The notes beneath the pieces are model-generated. The model saw nothing but the letters and a program-made list of their open reading frames with translations, was not told the origin of the DNA and ran no database searches. The translations under genes and the position numbers were made by a program. A stretch of DNA of 64,000 nt from Cirrosporium novae-zelandiae (lineage: Eukaryota): assembly GCA_026023565.1 (NCBI GenBank), contig JAPETS010000024.1:248001-312000 (forward strand). Reading direction: 5' to 3'. Shown here in pieces: positions 52,159 to 62,984 of the stretch (position 1 is the stretch's first letter; every line of letters starts with the position of its first letter).

Positions 52159-52395
52159 CCCTAAGAAAGGATAGGAAAGCGTGTTGAAAAAAACTGGATA
52201 CTTGGTTGGCTTCGGCGATCTGGTATTCGACGATATATTCGATATTCTTTGTTGATAGAATTGGCGTAGGCTTCTAGTCACAAAATTCTTTATTATTGTT
52301 ATCCCCCACTTATACATGACGTTGAGATATCCTGGAGGTCTGCTAGGATCCAGGATGTGATATTGGTGTCACTGGATAGAAAATTGGCCAGAATA

Positions 52396-53097
52396 TTATG
52401 CTTGTTGCGTTTCTACCTCTTTCTCCACCTTCCTATCTACTCCCCTCTCCCTCTTATGCATTTCCCTTAACCTTTTTTCAGTCTTCATAAATTCTCTAAT
52501 CCCTACGGGGATGTCCCCAAACAACTGTTCTTCACTCCCCATGCCCACCCCACCTACTGCTGCATCATCATTACCCCGGCCTGCAGCCTGTAGTCTCTGC
52601 CGAGCCTCCTTATTCCTCGCCGCCCAAAGCTCAAGCTCGTCGCGATAAGTGTCCCATACGCAGTTGACGCACCCCGACATGCAGCAATTATCCGGTTCTT
52701 CCGGACGTGCGGGCATTAGAACACCGGCGATCATAGTCCCACGAGACGGATCAAGGGAAGGGCGTGTGGCAGGGCCAGCAAGACGAGAGCCGAAGACTAT
52801 GCGTGCGCGATCAACAGGAGATTGAGGTCGCGACGTTAGAGGGGTCTGGGTCGAGGTTTTGGGTCTTGGAGGAGGGGCGTTGCTGTGTCTAGGGCTTGGC
52901 ATGTGGGGTGAGAGAAGATCGGCGTAGTAGCCTGTTAGGGGAATTGCCTGATTGTGTGAGTCTTGGGTGGTTGTGTTGATGTTGGTGGGGGCGGCTTTTT
53001 GATTAATGCGGCGAAGACATATGCGACAAAAGGTGCGGTGGAGGTGGAGGAGAGATGGCTGGGAGAGTGGTGAGAGTGCCATGTTTGATCGAAACAT
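52396..53097 (-). CDS. Oxidoreductase-like domain protein (UPF0651), probably mitochondrial
   Basis: PARPEEPDNCCMSGCVNCVWDTY motif, IPVGIREFMKTEKRL, presequence-like N-terminus. Confidence 0.88.
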   Translation of the reverse strand: MFRSNMALSPLSQPSLLHLHRTFCRICLRRINQKAAPTNINTTTQDSHNQAIPLTGYYADLLSPHMPSPRHSNAPPPRPKTSTQTPLTSRPQSPVDRARIVFGSRLAGPATRPSLDPSRGTMIAGVLMPARPEEPDNCCMSGCVNCVWDTYRDELELWAARNKEARQRLQAAGRGNDDAAVGGVGMGSEEQLFGDIPVGIREFMKTEKRLREMHKRERGVDRKVEKEVETQQA

Positions 53098-53627
53098 GAG
53101 AAAATGCTGGGAAAGAATGGTTAGTTGAGGAGAACGAGGTAAGGAATTTGTAAGAGTAGGTACTATAGAGAAGTTGTCCTAGACTCAGCATAGTCGATTG
53201 CTTTTGATTCTTGAAGTATCAAGAACTTTGGCATTATGTCATAAGGCGGTTTCTTGGAGCTCCGGGGAAGCCTTCAGGTACAGTACATTAGATTTAACGG
53301 GCACTGCTCTTGATATTTGATCGGGCATCTGATTGACATTTTTATGCTCATTAAACCTTTGTCGTATCAACCAAGAAGTAATTGTCGATGTTTTTGCTTT
53401 ATTCAAGGAATATGAAGCCATCATCCCTTCAATTACAGGTGCCACGGCAATTAAGTTGTTTTGCCGACATAGTACCCCGGTCGCATTTACAAACTACATA
53501 CAAACCACTTCCTACGCTTCACCAAACGAATCATTCCGGTTTTACAACAGAACATCGGATCAGAAACGTTTTTTAGCTATCTATATTACCGCTCGGTATC
53601 CGCATATACCAATGACGACCAACCCAA

Positions 53628-55754
53628 ATGCTTTCCTCCCCCGCTAAACGTCGCAAAGTCTCCGCGACTAAAGCCGTGGACGCGTCTCCCACATCCACTC
53701 GCGATGCGAGATCGGCCCGTCCAGCCTCTTCTCACGCGTCATATAGCTCTCCCACAAAAGCTAGCCTTTCGCGATTCAATCCAGATTTACTACCCCCTGA
53801 ACGTGATCGCAGAACCAAACCTACAGAAAGCTCGAGACCGAGAAGTCAAGGGAGGAAAGAAGCAAGGAATAAAGATGATGCAGTACCATCAGCAAATAAT
53901 TTTGTGGAGGTTAGGGTGGAGCGGAATCTAGAAGATGGTCCAGAATTGGGCCTTCGAACTTCGCCGTCGAGGAAGTTATTTGCAGTGCCAAGAAGACAAT
54001 CTCGAACACTAGGAAATACAGAACGAGCGCGCAATGGATTGCCTACGCAGGGGAGTGATTCATCGGATATTTTACCGGAAGAAGTTTTATCCCGTCAGGA
54101 GCGCAGGCCCCTTAGACATAGCTCTGGTCATGAACTGTTAAATGGCCACAGCAATGAAGATGATGAAATTGAAGAAGAGTATAGAATGCAACCAGATCTG
54201 CAGAGATTTGGGATTGAAGGTGACTCTGGAGGTCCAGGAGAGATAGCAAGTAGTAGCCCATCGGCACGAAGGAAAGAGGAAAAAGACTCCAGGGAAGCTT
54301 TGAATAGCTCCCCTCGGAGACCCAAGGCAAGAGGCGGCTGGGAATGGTCGATTCAGTGGCCTAGCCGCGCGACCGCAATGAGCCAGGTGGTTGAAGAGAT
54401 GCTACCCAACAGACCGGACAGCATGGCAGATAATAGTAATGAATCTGGTGTAGAAGAGGGGGGATCGGGGGTTGAACCAGGAGAGGAATCTACATCGGAA
54501 AAAGAACAGAGCCCAGGGACTCAAGAGCCTATCGGGGGATGCATGGTTGATAAAAAGATAGTAAAGAAACAGGAGCTACGAGATTCCTTGTTGAGCCAGC
54601 TACAGAATCTCCAGTCAGATGTGCAACAACTGGAACAGGAGATCGAGAAAGCAAACGAGGATCCAGACAGTCTAGAAAATGTGGATGATGATGAGGTGGA
54701 CAAATTAATGTATGTTTTAAATGCTTGGCTCATGGCGATATCTAGATATGTACTTGGAACTGACAAAATCAGAACCCTTCTCCAGACTAATGATCCATTG
54801 CCCAAACTTCAACCTCCATCGGCACCGCCCCCAATATCGGATATTCTCTCGAGCTTTCTCCCATTTTCCCGTGTTCCAGGCTCCTCTGCAAATCCCTCGC
54901 TACCTCTAGTACCTGACATCTCAGATCTCCCCTCATACCGTCCCTTAGACGTAGATGACCCTCTTGATCACCTCCAGGCCTTCACTCCTTTATCTTTCAC
55001 TTCCAAAGTGACGACCAATCTCAAGCCTGCGCCTCATCAAACCCATTATATTACTCTAACAGCCCCCAAATACCTTCTCGTACTCAAAATTTCTATGATT
55101 GTTGATTTGGAAACACACCGTGTTGCTAATCTTACAATTCAAGAACTTTCGCATTGGTCTGAACATGAACTCGGAACCTGGATTCGAGACCGTGCTAAGA
55201 AACAAAAGGATGTAGGCGGCGTGTGCTGGGCCGCAAATCGATTTTGGGAAGCCGTGCAGAGACGAGGCCAATGCTGGGAGAATTTGAGGAAGAAGTTTCC
55301 GGAGCTGTTTGGAGGAAGTTCCGACGGCGACAAACACGATAGACGGTCTAAAGGTCAAAAACATAACAAAAAGCAACCAGGGAAACGGAGAAGAGTAGCG
55401 GAGTCAGAATCGGAAAGCGAAGAAGAAGGTAGAGGTGAAAGAGCATCAAAACCACTCCAAATCATTAATCCTCACCTCTCGCCATCTCGGCTTCTCTTCC
55501 GCTCACACCTCCCGGAGAACACGGGCGTAGCCCTACAGATCAGCTGGAACATCAACATCACATGGACCGGCGATACAGAGGATGCGGTCAGTGCCTCGGC
55601 CAGTATACCCCAAGCCTGGAAAGACGATGACGAGAGAGGAGTGCTAAGGAGAATTCCGGAGGTGTTTGGAAAGTTGGTGCAAAAAGGAGGTGTAGAAGGC
55701 GCTGCAAGTGTGGTCGTGGGATTATTGTTTAAAACACAAGATGCAGATCAGTAG
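53628..55754 (+). CDS. Probable inner-kinetochore COMA subunit CENP-P/Ctf19/Fta2
   Basis: Disordered basic N-terminus, coiled coil, and a C-terminal region that aligns by eye with CENP-P tandem RWD domains. Likely in-frame intron 54710-54772. Confidence 0.7.
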   Translation: MLSSPAKRRKVSATKAVDASPTSTRDARSARPASSHASYSSPTKASLSRFNPDLLPPERDRRTKPTESSRPRSQGRKEARNKDDAVPSANNFVEVRVERNLEDGPELGLRTSPSRKLFAVPRRQSRTLGNTERARNGLPTQGSDSSDILPEEVLSRQERRPLRHSSGHELLNGHSNEDDEIEEEYRMQPDLQRFGIEGDSGGPGEIASSSPSARRKEEKDSREALNSSPRRPKARGGWEWSIQWPSRATAMSQVVEEMLPNRPDSMADNSNESGVEEGGSGVEPGEESTSEKEQSPGTQEPIGGCMVDKKIVKKQELRDSLLSQLQNLQSDVQQLEQEIEKANEDPDSLENVDDDEVDKLMYVLNAWLMAISRYVLGTDKIRTLLQTNDPLPKLQPPSAPPPISDILSSFLPFSRVPGSSANPSLPLVPDISDLPSYRPLDVDDPLDHLQAFTPLSFTSKVTTNLKPAPHQTHYITLTAPKYLLVLKISMIVDLETHRVANLTIQELSHWSEHELGTWIRDRAKKQKDVGGVCWAANRFWEAVQRRGQCWENLRKKFPELFGGSSDGDKHDRRSKGQKHNKKQPGKRRRVAESESESEEEGRGERASKPLQIINPHLSPSRLLFRSHLPENTGVALQISWNINITWTGDTEDAVSASASIPQAWKDDDERGVLRRIPEVFGKLVQKGGVEGAASVVVGLLFKTQDADQ

Positions 55755-56511
55755 TGTTCCCAATTGATGGCTAAGAAGTATATCGAGTCGTGGTTTTTGA
55801 CAGGCGTTTCACGGAAGATACCCGGGCTTATGGATGCTTTTTTTGCCCTGAGTGTATGGGATGCGCATGCGAAAATGGGGATTGGGTACACAGCTATTTG
55901 GATATACTGGTATGTACTTGTATGTCAAGATCAGCCCATAAGGCTGAATGGAAAGTAAATCTAGAGGGGGATGCCATGGATAAGGTGTGCTGTGGGGTAG
56001 ACCATCCTGACTATCAATTACGAGACTTTTACGCCACAAGTTACAGAGTTAACTTGTATGAATTCAAACGCGCATTGACACGCAATATACCAGCGCCAAC
56101 ATAAGATATATCTTACAATCTTACAACACGTTGCTACATTGGGAATAATAATCCTCTCTTCATCCCGAGTAAAAAAGTCACGCATATTTATTATTTATGG
56201 ATAGTGATAGATACACATCCATCTACACATCTAAAAGATATTTTACACTTCCTACACCTCCTCGGCCCCATGGTCCGGGGCGCAGGTCTAGATTATCTTC
56301 TTCTATCTAGTTCTACATCGCAAAACGAAACCTTAAGGGCTAGCCCCTTTTTTCCAGATGCCCCCTTCCCCGGAATACAGCAAAGTAACAAATACGTCAG
56401 CCGAGAAACGCAAATTACGCAAAACTAAATCCTGTGCAACTTTTACGGACACGACAACGATAACGACAACGACAAGTTCCTCTTTCCTGTTCAATAGTCT
56501 CTCTCTCTGAC

Positions 56512-56555
56512 GTACACACACACATACAGCACACACATACACACACACACACACA
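56512..56555. repeat. Imperfect (CA)n microsatellite, with a (CAC)n run at ~56767-56788
   Basis: acacacacacatacagcacacacatacacacacacacacaca is directly visible. Confidence 0.9.
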
Positions 56556-56893
56556 AATCCTCCAACCCTTCCTCATCAAATTTCAATAAAGTTATAGTTT
56601 TTCCTAGACTTCGATCTCGATCACTTCCACCGACACACACCTACACACACATAACACATTACTTCTAATATTTCCGTATCAATTGGAACGAACGAATCGT
56701 CCTTTTTAATTTTACGAACTTCTTCACGACGGCCCGAATAGCTTAGGAAGCTACACCGCGGAACTCCACCACCACCACCACCACCACCAAGATTTCACGA
56801 AAAGCCCATCATCATCCATCTCTCGGTCCACCTCTCTCTCCCTACAAAATAAACACAAACATAAACGCCCCTCCCCTTTCCCTTCCCTTAACA

Positions 56894-57433
56894 ATGACCC
56901 GAGCTACTCAAACTCTCTCCCTCGGACTTCTCCTGACATCTGTACGTTGCTGTTGTTCCGTCCCTCGATCCGAAAACTTGTACCGCGCGGAAGAAAAAAA
57001 AAATTGCGCATTTTCATTCCGTTATCCTAAGAAGGAAAGAGAGATTTAAAAAAAAAATAAAGAAATAATTAAAATGCTAACTTTTTTTTTTGAATTGACG
57101 TAATAGCTCTACCTCCTCTGTCTCACAGGTGCGATTCCATTTCCGCAGAAATTTCAAGAGGACGTGCTTCCTGTGGTAAGCTCTCTCACCTAACTTACCT
57201 ACTTTTTTTTTTCCGCCTCTTCGTTCAATATTTGAACCAATTACTAACTAACTATTGGGTGGGGCGTATAGCTTCCGTTATGGTCACTGATATCATTTGC
57301 GTGCTTCACGCTCGCTCGGCTGGGATATGGGGTGTTGACTTTGAAGGATACACCCGATGCGTATTCAGAGTTGATGCGGGAGGTTGATGAAGCGAGGAAG
57401 GATTTGAGGTTGCAGGGAGTGGATGTTGATTAA
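56894..57433 (+). CDS. DPM3: Dolichol-phosphate mannosyltransferase subunit 3
   Basis: Absent from the ORF track. Three exons: MTRATQTLSLGLLLTS|LYLLCLTGAIPFPQKFQEDVLPV|LPLWSLISFACFTLARLGYGVLTLKDTPDAYSELMREVDEARKDLRLQGVDVD*. Confidence 0.92.
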
Positions 57434-58020
57434 ATGTTAAATGCCCCTCGGATATACAGGTGTATTTGGGGGGCGTGGGATGGATGGACCGAGTCAGTAG
57501 GAGGAGGCGAGGATTAGAATCGTCACTTTGTGAGAATCAAATAAAAAAGGTATCAGATACATTCATTTATTTGGCAGCACCATCCAGTTATGAGTTCTTC
57601 AATTGCCATGTTTATTTGCATTTATAAACCACCCAACCTAGCCTCTCACATATATAGGCGTGAGCGGGTTCATCTAATCTACTTGTTTTCTATCGCTATG
57701 CAAAAGACTCAGAAAAAGGCCTATGCATTATCCAAATGCTTACCTAAGGGGACACTATTTTTAATTTGTGTTTGTTTGATCCCCCTCTCGCACACACATT
57801 TCCGTCAGTTCTTGTCCACTAGGGGAAATACATGTATGCTGTAGTTCTCTCTCTCTCTCTCTGATAGATATATGCCACGTCCTGTTTTTTCTATTGGGAC
57901 TAATGTACCCCCTTCCTTTCCTCAGGTAAATTTCTGTTGTGGACAGGTATGGATAGACGAAGAAGAGAAAGCGCCAAAAAGAGAGGTGAAGGAAAGTGTG
58001 GTCGAGCTAGAGGAGGGTAT

Positions 58021-59147
58021 TTAGGCGCTGTGGTTCGTTATGGGCCCTTGTTTTTGGCCTTGTTCTGCTGCTAGGCGGTCGTGCTCGTCAATGTCGCTGA
58101 GATTGCGTTAGCTATCTAGAGAAAGATAGTGGAGGGAAATAGGGGGTATCGTACGTTGCTTCCCATGGATAGCATATCCAGACGTCTGGCACTGTCACCG
58201 CTGGAAGATATCTGTTCTCCTTAAACATGGTGTCAGGGAGACAGCCCTTCTTAGGCTTGTCTTTGTTCTGCGTAGGGGAAGTATGATCATTAGCCACACA
58301 AGACCTAGACACAGAACCAGAATAAAAAATCCCAAAGCACTCACATGAAGCACAAATATACTAAATTTGGTCTCCCCCCTGTTCTTCACCCCCGAGGCTT
58401 CCAGTCGTCTCGCAGCCTCAGCCACGTCCTTTTCTAACTCCTTGACTGCATATTCCAGCGTGGTTCTAGTGTCATCAACCTCATCCACGATCAAAATGTT
58501 CTTTCCAACAAGATTTGACATATGAAGGGAGGACAGATCCAGCCATTGGGTGCGAGTGACAACGGTGCCGGGTAGCTCGACCTTGCCATCGTTGACCTCG
58601 TTATAGTTGGACTTCGTTGTAGTGGTGGTGGGTGGTGAGGAGTCAATGGTGCCGAGGTTTTCATAGAGAGAGAGACCAATAGCTTGAATGGGTATATTGG
58701 GCGCACCGGGCCGCTTCAGGAACGACCTGGATCACGAATAAGACATTAGCAAGCTCTTCCTTGATAGGATACAATTTTTTTTGTTTTTAGAAACTGCATC
58801 AGTGCAAGAGGTTCTGATATACCGGAGGATACGAGCAGGAACATATCCACCGCCGCCGATAGCGATCATGAGATTCGGTTTGAAGTCATTGAGGATGCGC
58901 TCTGCGGATGCTTGGCAGAGTTTGTGCACCTGCAAAAAGAACGAAGATGCATTAGTTTGCTGTCTTCTCCGCTTGGATGAAAAGTCTGTTTGATACAGCG
59001 CGAATCCAAGTCAAGTTTAAGATATATCAGATCATTGTCTAGACATAGACAGCTTTTGATTCAAGGGGCCTTTCCCCCGCCAAAGCGGGGTCATTAAACC
59101 TATCTCCTACTGACCTGATTGTAAGTTAGGTAGATCTTTTCCACCAT
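58021..59147 (-). CDS. XPT1: Xanthine/hypoxanthine-guanine phosphoribosyltransferase (Xpt1/Hpt1 type)
   Basis: MVEKIYLTYNQ|VHKLCQ...MIAIGGGGYVPARILR, ILIVDEVDDTRTTL (PRPP-binding motif), WICYPWEA. Four introns. Confidence 0.93.
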
Positions 59148-59729
59148 CTTAAATCGCTATTATTGAAAATTTGTCCTAATAAATAATCCAGTAACCCGTG
59201 CAAAGAGAATTGGAAACCCAAGGAAGGGGGAGAAATTTGGGGGATCGAAGAATTTTGTGTGTAGTTACATTCTGTCAGTCTCAAGAAACTTTTTTTTTTT
59301 TCAGTTTTCACTTTGGAAGGAAATTTAAGGAATTAGGCATAGGCAGTAGTGACAACCCACAACCCACAATCCATGGCTTCATGGGTTGCATGATTGGTTG
59401 CATGGGTACGTCAATGGGCTTGACGGCTTTTTCCGTGCTGACAATGAATTGTGAAAAGTTACCGGAATAAGGTCCGAGCTGCCCTAAAGACCGGAACTAT
59501 CCAAGTACCTAGGTACACAGTACAGTACATGTAATGATCAGTGCTACCTCGTGGGAAAAGCTATGACTTTTCTACCATAACCTCTAACCTTTTACCAATG
59601 CACGATATCATAGGTAATTAGAGAACCTAGTAGATCAATACCTAAATTCCATGCGGTTGACGCGGAGAAATATGTGTATCTTCATTCAAGGCTCAACTTT
59701 CCAGCCATAACCCATAAGCCATATCAACC

Positions 59730-61493
59730 TTAACATCTCATACTATCTTCACTCTCTATCAAAGAACGAGATCCAGCGTTCCCATTCTTTAGTGCCTTGC
59801 GATATTGTGCTCGAGCATCAGCCATAGCCATTCGATGTTGAAAATAGCTGCTTGATGAATTGACCAAAGGTTCATCTCTGTCAAAACACCAGACCGTAGC
59901 CTCTTCGTATGAACATAGGAGAAAAAATGTCTCATCGCATATGATCCGGATTGAACCCTCCATATACCCAACAAATTCCATGTCAGTTTCAACGAAGGGA
60001 GATGCAGCACTAAACTCCTTCATCATAACCATATTTATACGAGTTGGCGGTGATTGACTGCGGAACAGTGACTTATCCCAAACATGATACACATCATGTT
60101 GTGTAGATGGCATCTGCCGCTGCCAGTCACTTAAATTCTGAGCGCGTCTCCGTTTTACGAACTTCTCCGTATTTAGATCAAAGAAGATATCGGTACCAAT
60201 ATCACACCCCTTGTGTGGCCCGCTATGCATTATGGTCTCTGTGAGCATTCTAAATTCGCCAATGTGATAGATGTCATAATTTCCAAGGACATTTTCTTTA
60301 GCGAAGACAAACGCGTGGCTGCCATCAAAAATATTGCTATCGGGGCACTGTTCACATAAGATAAGTTCGGACGAGGATATTTTATTACCATGAAAATCAT
60401 ATTTGGCGCTTCGCAAGCTGTATGCACAGCACGGTTGGGCTCGATTCGTCAGACTGAATAAGAAGAACGCATCCTCTTTCCTAGAAATAAAAACTCGGTA
60501 TTGTGCCGAGGTATCAATCATTTCATGCTCCTGATGAACGAGCTTTTGATGGTCAAAATTCCACAGAAACACATCTAAGATGTCATTGGAATCTTGGTAG
60601 TCACGCCGGCGGTTGTAAAGAGCAACAGTTTTGGATTGCAAGGTGATCAAATTATGCCGAGCAGATGGAAGACGAAACCATCTCATGTCACCACTTTCAA
60701 GATGAAGGCAGTAACATATTCTAAGTAGGATCAATACCACGAACAGGCCTTACCCAATTTCGCTTACCCTTGAGTAGAATATACTGCCATCAGAGAGTCC
60801 GATATTCCGATAGAAAGAATGTTTTCTCGATTACGCGGAATAACCTTGTGCGATATACCAGTTCGTAAGCAACGACATTTTGCTATTAACGTTCCTTCCG
60901 CTTGATCATCATATTCTGTTGATGCAATCCATCCATTGTGATAAGCAACCTTACTCTTGAAACGCTCAGGGAATCTATTTCCCGGTTGTTTGAAAGGGAT
61001 AGAGGTTCTGTAATATGGTCTCCCGGTGGCTAACGCCAGTTGTCGTCGCGTTTTTGATGCGAACAGGCCAGCCCAATCTGGGTTTGGTGAACGGAGAAGG
61101 TGCTCCTCTCTAGGAAAATGGTGTCGTGTTGTTGATTTGCAGAAATCCGCCGAAGTGAAAAGGGAGTACCATTTTTTGGATACCTGCCTGGCTCTAATCA
61201 GATCTAAAGGGTCAAGGTGGTGAGCAATGATATCGATTAACTCTCCTGGCAAGTATTGAAGCGGATCATTCAGAAATGATCTCTGCAGGAGGCGCTCTTT
61301 CGCATCAATACACTCTAAAGAGGTGAGCTCGGACACGATTCCCTGGATGCTGGAGCGGGCAAATGTGGGTCTGATCAGCAGCGACTCTAGAGAGGCAGGG
61401 CAACGTTGATACACACACTTCAGCCCTCTGGGTTGCATGGAGAGCCCTAAAAGACTTGACGATATTTTCAACTGCGGTTACAGGCAAAGACAT
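59730..61493 (-). CDS. F-box protein with divergent C-terminal (beta-rich) domain
   Basis: F-box DPLQYLPGELIDIIAHHLDPLDLIRARQVSKKW. Three exons joined by two short introns (GTGTGT...CAG near 61416-61350; GTAAGC...TAG near 60767-60721). Confidence 0.85.
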
Positions 61494-62984
61494 ATTCGGA
61501 CCTTTTTCCAGTTCCGTCGCAAGAACCGTAACCAGGGTAACGATATCGGTATATCATCGGAAGGTGTTTTAGTAAATGTAGAAGTATCTCGTTGATGGAA
61601 AAGGGTGTTAATGTCGGTATGTAAGTGTGGGGGTAAAATAGTATGATGGTATCAGAGTTTCTTCTCTCATGGCTTCACCTGAATACGGTGTAAGAAAGTT
61701 CTGATATCAAACAATAAGAAAGAAAGAGTTTCCAAGCATTCCAAGCATCAAAGTGACAATGGAATTTCTAGCCGACGTTCGGCCTTGGCATGATAGGGTG
61801 TACTTAGTAAAGTACCCCTGTTGAACTCTTGAAAAAAAAGTTCAAAAGCTCTCAGCTCTTTTTGGCTCTTTTGGCTCTCAGGGTTCTTTCTTTGGGCGCT
61901 TTAAAGGTTCCTTAAGGGTATGTTAAGCGAGAAACAAAGCCCATGGAGCCCCGTGAGTCCGTCCCAGCCCAGAACTGACCAAGTGAAGAAAAGCAGAGGC
62001 CAACAGAAGACTAATCCCACTGTGCCACTTAATCCCATTGATCCACTAATCCTCTATTAATCACACTAACCCACTAATCCCGGACTGATCGTTGGAACTG
62101 CGGGAGAAGCCTTCGAATATTCGAACGCCCCAAGCTGTCGGAGAAGAAGACTGCTAAACCTACCCAGTGTCTACTTTCTACCTTTGCCTACCTTTTTGCC
62201 TTTGCCCTCATCTTCAAACTACATATCTTACCTACTCGATTCCGCTTGGGGTTTCCCATCATTTCCCCCTATATTCACCTCCGTCTCTTCCGGAAAACTT
62301 CCTCCTCAATTGCTCTTTGTCAAGAGCCTTGTCCATCGGGTCCTTGCCTCACCCTTTATACCTTCATCATCTCAGGGTTCAATCCGGAGGAACGTTGCCC
62401 CTATCATCCAAAGCTCATATCCCTTAGAATTTTGGATCCTTGAAGAACTGGCTTCCTCCTTTTCCTCAATTCTACCATACCTCACCAGCTTATACCTTCG
62501 CTGCAATTTTCGAACTATAAAGACGTCCTTTCGACGAGGTTCCTCATCGCTGTCGGCCGGCTTCGATGCGATCTCCAAGGACTTCTTGAGCCCAACCACA
62601 ATTGAAATCTACCATAGCGCTTTTGATCGTGAGATCTCAACGCGCCTCAATAGACAGAAAGACGACATACCAAAAAGGGGCGTTTTCCCGACACTATTCT
62701 TACGCAAAGACGTGCTGGCGCAGTCGACATAGCTTCGAAGCGTTTGTGGCGCACACCAAGACCCTTCACGCATCCCGCGCCTCCTCCAGATATGATCTGC
62801 TGCAACTTGGACCTCAATTGGTAGTTTTCGTCTATCATCGCCGCGCACGTTTATGCTTGCTTTTGCTGGAAAAATAACGGCAGACATCCTGAGAACAATT
62901 TCATGACGGAGTTGGGATTACATCATCTTTATAAATAATTTTCAACATTGAGCACGCTTTGTCCCGGCTCACATTTGATTCAAA

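Noticed and set aside
62184..62732. 182-aa ORF upstream of the HSF gene
   Set aside because: Non-ATG start, S/F/L-rich translation of a pyrimidine-rich leader, and no recognisable motif. Probably 5' UTR or promoter.
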